Below are positions 34,856-43,236 of a stretch of DNA of 64,000 bases, piece after piece. The notes under the pieces are model-generated. The model was given only the letters and a program-made list of their open reading frames with translations. It did no database searches and was not told the DNA's origin. Source of the DNA: Deltaproteobacteria bacterium (lineage in GTDB: Bacteria > Myxococcota_A > UBA9042); contig VGRO01000005.1 of NCBI GenBank assembly GCA_016875335.1, positions 11,295-75,294 of the forward strand. The letters run 5' to 3'. Positions within the stretch are counted from its first letter, which is position 1; each line of letters begins with the position of its first letter. The translations under genes and the position numbers were made by a program.

Positions 34856-37800
34856 ATGAAAATCAAGACGAACCTTCGCAACGCGCGGATCGCGACCTCG
34901 GCCGTCGCGGCCTGCATCGCCTGCAGCGAACCGGTCGCCCCAGCCGGTGGCGGCGGCGCGGTCCAGGTCGATGCGGCTGCGCCGTCGTTTGGCGACGGCT
35001 TTGTGCCCGACGGCAAGAAGGACAGCGCGGCGCCCAAGGATGCGGCCGACGCGGTCATCGGCGACGCACCGCCCGACCTCGACGGTGGCAACGCAGCCGA
35101 AACAGATCCGGACGTCGGTGGTGTTCCCGACGGCGATCCCGCGGCAGACCTCGGCACCGACGCGGCCAGCCCGCCGGTCGAGGACGCGGACAGCGTCGGC
35201 CAGGGTCCAGAAGCCAACGAGGAAAAGGACGCCGCAGGTCCCGACGCCAGCAAGCCGTGCACGGCCGACCCCGAGTGCGACGACGGCAGCGCCTGCACCA
35301 CCGACACCTGCACCGCAGAGGGCTGCGCCTACCAGCCCAAGAACTGCGACGACGGCCTGCCGTGCACCGCCGACGGCTGCGACAAGACGACCGGCAACTG
35401 CAAGCACAAGACGCTGGCCGAAACCTGCGCCATCGAGGGCGCCTGCTACGCCGCAGCCGAGGCCCAGCCGGTCAACCCGTGCAAAGTGTGCGACCCCACC
35501 GCGAGCCAGAGCGCGTGGAGCGACCAATCCGGCGCCGCGTGCGACGACGGCAACCTGTGCACGGGCAAGGACCAGTGCAATGCCGGCACCTGCGTGGGTG
35601 AGGCAAAGCCCGGGTGCTGCAAGGCTGATGCCGACTGCGCGGTCGCCGATGTCTGCAGCACGGCAAATTGCGACGTCGCCACGGGCACCTGCCAGGTCAC
35701 GCCCAAGGCGGGCTGCTGCGTGGACGGGCCGTGCTGCGACCCCGCAACCCACCAGCCCAAGACCGCGGGTGCCGCGTGCGGCGCGGCCGTGGTCGGCACG
35801 CAGTGGCAGTGCGCGGGACAGGAAGTGCAAAACCGCAGCGCATCGGCGGGTTGCACGGGCGCGGGTCCTGCTGCATGTTCCGATGCGGCCGCCGACCAGG
35901 TGTGGTCGCCCTGGGCTACCGTCAAGTCGTGCGGCTCCAACGAGAAATGCCAGGCGACCGGCACGACGTCCGCGACTTGCGTGGTGCTCGCTCCGCTCGA
36001 GTGCGCGACCAACGCCGACTGCGACGACAAGAATCCGTGCACCGACGGGGTGTGCACCAACGGCAAATGCAGCCACCTGGCCAAGAAGTGCACGGCCACC
36101 ACCAGCTGCCAGGTTCCGTACTGCGACAGCAAGACCGGTCAATGCGCGGTCAAGTGGCTGGCCGGCACCTGCGAAATCGGCGGGAACTGCATGGTCAGCG
36201 GCGTCAAGAATCCGGCTGACGCGTGCATGAGTTGCCAGCCCACCGTCGCACAAGACAAGTGGACGCCGCTGCCCAACTGCACGTGCGCAGGCGGCGTCTG
36301 CTGCAACAACGGCATCGTCAAACCGGCAGGCACCGCTTGCGCCAGCGCGACCCTGGCCACCGAGTACGGCTGCGGCGCGGACGGCAAGACCCAGCGCAAG
36401 CGCATCGCCTACGCGGGGTGCACTGGCGGCACGGCGATTTGCAGCAGCGCCAGCACCTACTACGCATGGCAGCCGTGGACCGACCTCGGCGCGTGCAAGG
36501 ACACCGAGGCCTGCGACGCCACCGACAAGACCAAGCCGCCGCTGTGCAAAGCGATCGACCCGGTGTGCGCCCAACAGGATCCCTACGAGGCGGACGGGAC
36601 GTCGCTGGCCAAGGCCCATGACGTCGGCACGTTCGGCGACGCGACCGCCAGCAAGGCGCTGACGCCGGTCGTATTGATGGGCAGCGCCAGCGACGTCGAC
36701 GTGGTCCAGTGGACGGTGACCGACGACGCCAACAACTATGCGCCGCAACTCGGTGTGACGTGGTCGAGCGCCCAGAACGTCAAGGTCTGCGTGTACGCGC
36801 GCTGCACGGCGGGCGCTGGCGGCAAGGACTGCCAGTCGCTGGTGTGTCCGACGGGCAGTCAGAACGCAACCAGTGCCACGGTCAGCGCCGCGGCGGTCAA
36901 CGGCTGCTGCATGTCGGGCACCAAGGGGGCCATCGCGCTGGCGCCCAAACCGTCAAGCGGAACCAACGCTACGCACGTGGCCTACCTCGAAGTGACCAAC
37001 GGCACGCCCGCGTGCACGCAGGTCGCCGCTACGTTGAGCTTCGGCACGCCGACCGCGACCGTGTGCAAGGCCGGCGTCGACACCTGTTGCGAGGCCAACG
37101 GCACCTGGTCGCCCAAGGGCAAGGCCTGCGGCACCTTGACTGTGGCCAGCGAATACAAGTGCGAAACCGACCTGCCCGGCGGCAAGGTGCTCGTGCGCAA
37201 GGCCACCAGCGGCTGCACCGGCTCGTCCACGTTGTGCTCGGCCGCATCGGCCAACTACGCGTGGGGCGCCTGGACGACCTACAAGGCGTGCCTCGCCAGT
37301 GAGATGTGCTCGGTCACCTCGACCTCGAGCCCCGGTACCTGCAAACCGGCAACCCAATGTGTGGCAGGTTCGCAGTGCTGCACCGCGACCGGCACCTTTG
37401 CGCCGACCGGCACGCTGTGTGGCAAGGGGGCCTCGGTCGAGTACCAGTGCTCGGGAAGCGACATCCAGGTGCGCAAGAATTTCTCGACCTGCGCGGGCAC
37501 CAGCACCGGCTGCTTCGGCACCTCGGCATACAGTCCGTGGACGACGGTTTCGGCGTGCCCGGTGGGCCAGACCTGCACCGCCGGGGCCAGCAAATCGACG
37601 TTGCCGACCTGTAAGGCGGCCGGACCCGACCTGTGCAAGCAGACCGACAAGTGGGAGGGCACCGAAACCACCTCGGCCAGCTTCGACCTCGGCGTGTATT
37701 CCGACAGCGCAAATGCAGTATTCGTCGACCCCGCCGTCCTGCTGCAAAGTCCGACCGACAAGGACTATCTCAAGTACAGCATCACCGACGACGTCAACTT

Positions 37801-38632
37801 CTACGACCCCGAGGTGTACGTGACGTGGACAGCGCTCAAGCCCGTCAAGGTGTGCGCCTACTATCGGTGCAACAATGGCACCAGTGGCACCGACTGCTAC
37901 GACGTGACCTGCCCGATTGGCGCGGACACCTACCAAAACACCGCGGTCAGCGGCGCCAAAGCCAACGGATGCTGCAAGACGGCGGCCAGCGGCACGCTGA
38001 GCTACTTTCCCGACGCGCCGAACAGCATGGATGAGACGGGTACGGTGTTCGTCAACGTCACCAACGCCGACACCCCCTGCCAATCGGTCAGCCTCAAGCT
38101 CGCGTTCGGCGCCTCGACCCAGACCAAGTGCAGTCCCGGCAACACCTGCTGCACCAACAAGGGCACCTACGCGGCGAACGGCACGGCCTGCGGGTCGGCC
38201 ACCAAGGCCCAGTACCGCTGCACCACGGTCGGAGGGGTCAACCAAGCGCAGAAGCAGACTTCGGTAGGTTCGTGCAGCGGCACCAGTGCGACGTGCAACA
38301 CCACGACGACCAACTGGGGACCGTGGGCGCTGGAAACGCCTTGCATCGGCCCGGAGTTCTGCGCCGTCGGCTTGCCCACCAGCATCGCGCAGTGCGTCGC
38401 CGGCAAGCCGGGTTCGTGTGCGGGGTCGTGCGGCAAGCAGAGCAAGGACGGCTGCTTTTGCGACGGCAGTTGCATCACGCTCGGCGATTGCTGCAAGGAT
38501 TTTGCGGCGCTGTGCAGCGGCACCTGCGACGGCGCCTGTGGCGGCATGGGCAAGATCGGCGGGTGCATGTGCGATGCACAGTGCTCCGCGGCGGGCGACT
38601 GCTGCCTGGACAAGAACGTCAAGTGCCCGTAA
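34856..38632 (+). CDS. Large Cys-rich lipoprotein (1258 aa) ending in two tandem somatomedin-B-like domains
   Basis: ATG at 34856 lies 8 nt after the upstream stop. MKIKTNLRNARIATSAVAACIAC carries a lipobox, followed by an acidic D/A/G linker. The body has CDDGN/DDGLPCTADGC Cys-rich repeats and Cys/Thr/Gly-rich modules. The last 73 aa (38411..38629) contain two copies of C-x3-C-x7/8-C-x-C-D-x2-C-x5-CC-x-D-x3/4-C. Confidence 0.7.
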   Translation: MKIKTNLRNARIATSAVAACIACSEPVAPAGGGGAVQVDAAAPSFGDGFVPDGKKDSAAPKDAADAVIGDAPPDLDGGNAAETDPDVGGVPDGDPAADLGTDAASPPVEDADSVGQGPEANEEKDAAGPDASKPCTADPECDDGSACTTDTCTAEGCAYQPKNCDDGLPCTADGCDKTTGNCKHKTLAETCAIEGACYAAAEAQPVNPCKVCDPTASQSAWSDQSGAACDDGNLCTGKDQCNAGTCVGEAKPGCCKADADCAVADVCSTANCDVATGTCQVTPKAGCCVDGPCCDPATHQPKTAGAACGAAVVGTQWQCAGQEVQNRSASAGCTGAGPAACSDAAADQVWSPWATVKSCGSNEKCQATGTTSATCVVLAPLECATNADCDDKNPCTDGVCTNGKCSHLAKKCTATTSCQVPYCDSKTGQCAVKWLAGTCEIGGNCMVSGVKNPADACMSCQPTVAQDKWTPLPNCTCAGGVCCNNGIVKPAGTACASATLATEYGCGADGKTQRKRIAYAGCTGGTAICSSASTYYAWQPWTDLGACKDTEACDATDKTKPPLCKAIDPVCAQQDPYEADGTSLAKAHDVGTFGDATASKALTPVVLMGSASDVDVVQWTVTDDANNYAPQLGVTWSSAQNVKVCVYARCTAGAGGKDCQSLVCPTGSQNATSATVSAAAVNGCCMSGTKGAIALAPKPSSGTNATHVAYLEVTNGTPACTQVAATLSFGTPTATVCKAGVDTCCEANGTWSPKGKACGTLTVASEYKCETDLPGGKVLVRKATSGCTGSSTLCSAASANYAWGAWTTYKACLASEMCSVTSTSSPGTCKPATQCVAGSQCCTATGTFAPTGTLCGKGASVEYQCSGSDIQVRKNFSTCAGTSTGCFGTSAYSPWTTVSACPVGQTCTAGASKSTLPTCKAAGPDLCKQTDKWEGTETTSASFDLGVYSDSANAVFVDPAVLLQSPTDKDYLKYSITDDVNFYDPEVYVTWTALKPVKVCAYYRCNNGTSGTDCYDVTCPIGADTYQNTAVSGAKANGCCKTAASGTLSYFPDAPNSMDETGTVFVNVTNADTPCQSVSLKLAFGASTQTKCSPGNTCCTNKGTYAANGTACGSATKAQYRCTTVGGVNQAQKQTSVGSCSGTSATCNTTTTNWGPWALETPCIGPEFCAVGLPTSIAQCVAGKPGSCAGSCGKQSKDGCFCDGSCITLGDCCKDFAALCSGTCDGACGGMGKIGGCMCDAQCSAAGDCCLDKNVKCP

Positions 38633-38669
38633 GGTCGCGCCCCTCGGCCGCGTTGGCCCGGGGGATTCG

Positions 38670-39596
38670 ATGCGCCGTGCCTGCCTGCTCGCTGTCGTGA
38701 TTGCCGCCGGTTGCGCGGACGCCCCGCCGCTCGGCGACCCCAACGCCGTCGCCTGTGACGCCTTGGGCGCCGCCTGGTGCAAGGCCGTGGCGGCCTGCGC
38801 GCCCTACCTCGTCAGCAGCCAATACGGAGACATCGCCAACTGTGGCAAGCGCCAGGCCGCAGTGTGCATGGCCCGCGTCACCGCGCCGGACACGGGCTAC
38901 AACGCCGCCGCCATCCAAGGCTGCGCCACCGCGCTGCCCGGGGCGCTCGAATGCGAGTACTACACTGCCATCGACGCCGTCTCGGCGTGCCAGCCCAAGG
39001 CCGGCAAACGCAAGAATGCCGAGCCGTGCGGCGACCACAGCCAGTGCCAGAGCGGCCTGTGCAGCGGCCTGGACGCCGGCATGTGCGGCCAGTGTCTGAG
39101 CCGCGTCGCCTCCGGCAAGGCGTGCTCGGCCACCGCGGACTGCGAGTTTGGGCTGTCGTGCGTCGCGACACAGAGCGTCAAGGTGTGCACGCCGCGTTCG
39201 CCCGTCGGCGGCACCTGCGACAAGTCCAAGGTCTGCCTCGCCCCTGCGGTGTGCATCGGCGGCGGTTGCGTCGCGCCGGCCGGCCTCGGCAAGCCCTGCG
39301 ACACCGCGGCCAAGAACTGCGACGCCGGCGCCGGCCACTACTGCCACGACCACAAGGCGGTGTGCACCGCATACCAAGTGGCCAAAGAGGGCGAACCGTG
39401 CGGTTATTTCGACGGCGATCGCGTCGCATGCGCCCACGGCGCCACCTGCAAGCTCGCGGGCGGCGGCAAGGGCACCTGCGAGAAACAAGCCGACAACGGC
39501 GGCAGTTGCAGCGTGGGTCAGGCCGCGCCGTGCCGCGCCGGCTTGGTGTGCAACGCGGGCGTGTGCGGTGTCACCAAGCCAGCGGCGTGCCAATGA
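38670..39596 (+). CDS. Cys-rich lipoprotein (308 aa)
   Basis: ATG at 38670 lies 37 nt after the upstream stop. MRRACLLAVVIAAGC carries a lipobox. About 40 Cys are arranged in repeated C..G.C / CxxxxC motifs. Confidence 0.6.
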   Translation: MRRACLLAVVIAAGCADAPPLGDPNAVACDALGAAWCKAVAACAPYLVSSQYGDIANCGKRQAAVCMARVTAPDTGYNAAAIQGCATALPGALECEYYTAIDAVSACQPKAGKRKNAEPCGDHSQCQSGLCSGLDAGMCGQCLSRVASGKACSATADCEFGLSCVATQSVKVCTPRSPVGGTCDKSKVCLAPAVCIGGGCVAPAGLGKPCDTAAKNCDAGAGHYCHDHKAVCTAYQVAKEGEPCGYFDGDRVACAHGATCKLAGGGKGTCEKQADNGGSCSVGQAAPCRAGLVCNAGVCGVTKPAACQ

Positions 39597-39650
39597 CCGA
39601 TCCGCGTCACGCTCCCAGTCCCCTCTAGTCGGATCGATACGGCCGGTCAC

Positions 39651-40562
39651 ATGTCGCTCGCAGTGCGCTCGCCACCCTTTTCTTTCGACCTGACCACGGC
39701 CGCACAACTGCGCGCCGCGCTGCGCACATCGCTCGATGGCGCGGAGTTCTTCGGCGGCCCGCTGGTGCTCGTCGGGCGCGAAGTGGACATCCCGGCGTGG
39801 TCGTGGCTGGGCCAGGTGTGCCTGCTGCGCAGCGACTGGCTGCCGGCGGTGGCCGCGGCCATGCACGACGCGCTGCACCACGGCACCGAGCTGGAACGAC
39901 AGGCGTTGGTCGACGCGCTGGCCAACGAACCCGCGACCGTGCGCCTGCTGCCGTGGACCGCGGGCTGGGCGCGCATGTTCGGCGACGTGACCGGCACGCG
40001 GTCGGGCACCGGCTGGGGCGGGTCGAGCACCGCGCCGCGCCTGGACCACGTGCTCGCCAACCACGAACGCTACGCTGAGGCGTGGGTGCGGCAGCCCCAC
40101 GATGTCCTGTGGAGATTGCGCCCGGTGGCCCTGGCGACGCGCGACCACCTGCGGAACCTGCTGGAGCGTACGGCGCGGACCGGCCGCGGGCCCGAAACGC
40201 CGCTCGGCGACCACGGCTGGGATTGGCTGGCGCAGCAGGTGGCATACGTGCCGTGGATCGCCGACGCGCTAGGCGAACTGCTGCCATGGGCCCTGCACGG
40301 CGAACCAGCCCACGGCTACGCCGCGCTGGACTATTTGCTGATGGGCCAGGATGCGTGGCGCTGGCGCGACCTGGTGCGGCAGTGGCGGTCGCATCCGCCG
40401 AATTGGGCTGCCACCCCCACCAAGGTCAAACCCAAGGGCTGGGGCCGCAAGGCGCGTCAGACCCAGGACAATTCGCTCAAGACCTGGGCCGACCTGGCGC
40501 TGCGCTTCGAGACCCTGCATGGCCGGCAGGCGCCGCCAGTGATGGATTTGCCGTTGCCATAG
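39651..40562 (+). CDS. Hypothetical Trp-rich protein
   Basis: ORF 39651..40562 has balanced composition with many Trp/His/Asp. The overlapping antisense ORFs are Arg/Ala-rich. No recognisable domain. Confidence 0.4.
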   Translation: MSLAVRSPPFSFDLTTAAQLRAALRTSLDGAEFFGGPLVLVGREVDIPAWSWLGQVCLLRSDWLPAVAAAMHDALHHGTELERQALVDALANEPATVRLLPWTAGWARMFGDVTGTRSGTGWGGSSTAPRLDHVLANHERYAEAWVRQPHDVLWRLRPVALATRDHLRNLLERTARTGRGPETPLGDHGWDWLAQQVAYVPWIADALGELLPWALHGEPAHGYAALDYLLMGQDAWRWRDLVRQWRSHPPNWAATPTKVKPKGWGRKARQTQDNSLKTWADLALRFETLHGRQAPPVMDLPLP

Positions 40563-40766
40563 GGTCAATCGGTGATTTTCGCGGTCACTTGTTGGCCCAG
40601 TGCCTCGCCTTGCGCCAGTTGCACCTTCAGCAGCAGACAGGCCGCCTTGCTGCCCCGGCACGTGCCGAACCGACCGGCTGGTTTCGGACGCGTCCCATAG
40701 CCGCCGGTCGGTTCCTGCGCTATCGTCGCGCGACCTCGCGGCCAGGCGCCGCTGTGGAGTCCTTCG

Positions 40767-42890
40767 ATGGCCGATGCACCCCTGCCAGCGCTCGGTCCGC
40801 GGCAACGTGCCGCCGCGCACGTGCTCTTGCGCCTCGCCCACGACCGCTGGGTACCGCCGCTTCCAACCGGCGAGGACCGCCCTGAACTCGCGCGCGTCGC
40901 CGCCACTCGCGCGCTCCTCGACGCTCCCGATCCCGACGACTCGCCGCTGGAGGCTGCGCGGCAGGCACTGGAAGCGGCAGCCGCTGTGCCCGGCGAACCC
41001 GCCGACCGCCTCGACCTGGCGGCTGATTTGCTGGGTCTGGCGCCACCGGCCCGGCTCGCCCTGGGACTGTGTGCTTGCATCCAACTCGACCCGCGCATCG
41101 GGCAGATGGCGCGGGCCGTGGCGGCGCGCTTGGGCTACGCCGACGGCAGCGACCCTGCCCTGCTCGACGCCGCACTGGAACCCGCAGGGCTCGGACCGGC
41201 GTGGACGCGGACGCTTTTGCACGAAGGGGGACAACTGCGGCGCATGGGCGTACTGACCCTGCACGACGGCAAGGTCGGGCTCGGCATCGCCTTGCAAGCC
41301 TTCGTGCAGACTGCGCTTCCTGCCCACAGCCCGCTGCGGCCGTTCGAGGTGGCGCCCACCGTGCCCGCGGGCCTGGTCGGGGCGCTCGTGGCGGCGCGCA
41401 GGGGCTGGATCGAGGTGCTCGGCCGCGCGCTGCACGCCGATCGGCCTTTGCTGTTGTCGGGCATGGCCGGGTTTGCCGGCGCGACGCTGGTGCAGGCGGC
41501 CGTCGGCGTTGGCGGGCCACAGGTGCGCAGCATCGACCTTGGCGCCATCTTTGACTTCGAGCGCGGCTTGCCGACGCCGCTGCTGGGCGAATTGCACGCC
41601 GAGGTGCGCTTGAGCGCGGCGCCCTGGGCCCTGCACGGCGCCGAACGCCTGGAAAAGACCGTCCGCGACCATCCGGCGGCCTTGCGGCGGCTGGTGGCGG
41701 CCCTGGTCGCCATGGGCCGGCCGATGGTCCTGTTGCACGCGGGTCCGCTTTCGCCCGACGTGGCGGCCCGGCTCGCCCAAGAGGCCGGTCTGCCCAACTT
41801 TGAACTGCCGCCTTTGCCGGTCGACGCGCGCAAGGCGCTGCTGCATGCGTCGCTGGTGGCGCAGGGCGTTGCCGAAACCACGGCCGAGTCTCTGGCCGAG
41901 GCGTGCCGGAACGCCAACCTCGAAGTCGAGTCGGTGGCCGCGGCGGTGGCCTTCGCGAGCCAGAAGGCCGTGCAGCGTGCCGCGAAACTGGCTGCCGGTG
42001 GCAAGGCGCCTGCCGAGGCCGTGCCGACGGTCGCTGAACTGCGCAGCGCGTGCAGCGCCACCATGACCAGCCGCTTGCGCCAATACGGGTCGCGCGTCGA
42101 GACGGCCTCGGACTGGGGTGACCTGGTGCTCGCCGCCGAGCCCCTGGGCCAAGTCAAAGACCTCGCACGGTTTGCCCGAGTGCGCGACCGCCTGTTCGAC
42201 GACTACGGTTTCGGCGACAAAATCGGTTACGGCAGGGCGCTGTCGGCGATGTTCTCGGGCCCGAGCGGCACCGGCAAGACCATGGTGGCCGGCCTCATCG
42301 CCAAGGACCTCGGCGTCGAGCTGTACCGGGTGGACCTGTCGCGGGTCGTCAGCAAGTACATCGGCGAAACCGAAGAACGACTTGGCGCGCTCTTTAGCGA
42401 GGCGAGCCTGGTCGGCGCGGCGCTGCTTTTCGACGAGGCCGATTCGCTTTTCGGCCAGCGCACCGAAATCAAGAGCAGCAACGACCGCTACGCCAACCTC
42501 GAGGTCAACTACCTCTTGCAGCGCCTGGAGGAGTTCGACGGCGTGGTCATCCTGACCACCAACTTCGCGACCTCCATCGACGCGGCCTTCCTGCGTCGCC
42601 TGCGCTTTCGCGTGCAGTTCCCCATGCCGTCGCCCAAGGAACGCGAGCGCATGTGGGAGGTCATGTTGCCGCCGCGCCTGCCGCAAGACGACGACGGCAT
42701 CGACTTTGAGTGGATGGGCGAGAGCTTTGACCTGACAGGTGGGCACATCCGCAATGCGGTATTGCGCGCGGGCATGTTCGCCGCTGACCTCGACCGGCCG
42801 CTGAGCATGCGGATGCTCTACGACGCGGCGGCGGCGGAGTATCGGGAGCTCGGCAAGCTGGCGCCGGGGTATCCGTTTGACGACGACTGA
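40767..42890 (+). CDS. AAA+ family ATPase with ~440-aa N-terminal extension
   Basis: C-terminal classical AAA module: GPSGTGKTMVAGLIAKDLGVELYRVDLSRVVSKYIGETEERLGALF (Walker A plus the second region of homology), LLFDEADSLFGQR (Walker B), and VVILTTNFATSIDAAFLRR (sensor / Arg-finger region). Confidence 0.75.
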   Translation: MADAPLPALGPRQRAAAHVLLRLAHDRWVPPLPTGEDRPELARVAATRALLDAPDPDDSPLEAARQALEAAAAVPGEPADRLDLAADLLGLAPPARLALGLCACIQLDPRIGQMARAVAARLGYADGSDPALLDAALEPAGLGPAWTRTLLHEGGQLRRMGVLTLHDGKVGLGIALQAFVQTALPAHSPLRPFEVAPTVPAGLVGALVAARRGWIEVLGRALHADRPLLLSGMAGFAGATLVQAAVGVGGPQVRSIDLGAIFDFERGLPTPLLGELHAEVRLSAAPWALHGAERLEKTVRDHPAALRRLVAALVAMGRPMVLLHAGPLSPDVAARLAQEAGLPNFELPPLPVDARKALLHASLVAQGVAETTAESLAEACRNANLEVESVAAAVAFASQKAVQRAAKLAAGGKAPAEAVPTVAELRSACSATMTSRLRQYGSRVETASDWGDLVLAAEPLGQVKDLARFARVRDRLFDDYGFGDKIGYGRALSAMFSGPSGTGKTMVAGLIAKDLGVELYRVDLSRVVSKYIGETEERLGALFSEASLVGAALLFDEADSLFGQRTEIKSSNDRYANLEVNYLLQRLEEFDGVVILTTNFATSIDAAFLRRLRFRVQFPMPSPKERERMWEVMLPPRLPQDDDGIDFEWMGESFDLTGGHIRNAVLRAGMFAADLDRPLSMRMLYDAAAAEYRELGKLAPGYPFDDD

Positions 42891-42981
42891 ACGCGCGCTG
42901 GGCTTGCGCCTTGCCGGGCAGGATGGGTCGGCCCAGCAGGGCGCCGAACCGCCATGCGTCGATGGGTGTCAACCGGGGCGT

Positions 42982-43202
42982 CTAGTAGGCGGCACCCCAA
43001 ATTCGCGTCGGGATACGGGCCGTGATTCCTCAACAAATCCTCAATCGGTTTCGCCTACTAGCTGCTTGTTGCGTGAAGGGGGCGCGCCGCCCCCTCGCGC
43101 GCAAATGCGCGCTCACCCCTGCGTCCGGCCGCAGCCGCGGCCGGAAGTACCTCAGCCCTGTTGCGCGCCGGAACCCGGCGCGAATTTCGGGCCTGAGGTA
43201 CT
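42982..43202. repeat. Series of GC-rich hairpins in a convergent intergenic region
   Basis: CTAGTAGGCG (42982) / CGCCTACTAG (43052) are inverted 10-mers. Hairpins: GGGGGCG-cgc-CGCCCCC (43078-43094), GCGCGC-aaat-GCGCGC (43097-43112), CCGGCCGC-agc-cGCGGCCGG (43126-43144), and AGTACCTCAG (43146) / CTGAGGTACT (43193) flanking GCGCGCCGG-aaccc-GGCGCG. Confidence 0.55.
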
Positions 43203-43236
43203 ATGGCGCAAAACCCGCCACAGCGTTCTTGCCAAA

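Noticed and set aside
31994-42746. Minus-strand ORFs 31994..33715 (573 aa), 33586..35313 (575 aa), 34424..36748 (774 aa), 36953..38782 (609 aa), 38619..40214 (531 aa) and 40269..42746 (825 aa)
   Set aside because: They are antisense to plus-strand genes with signal peptides, domain motifs and good RBS/start context. Their translations are Arg/Ala/Gly-dominated.
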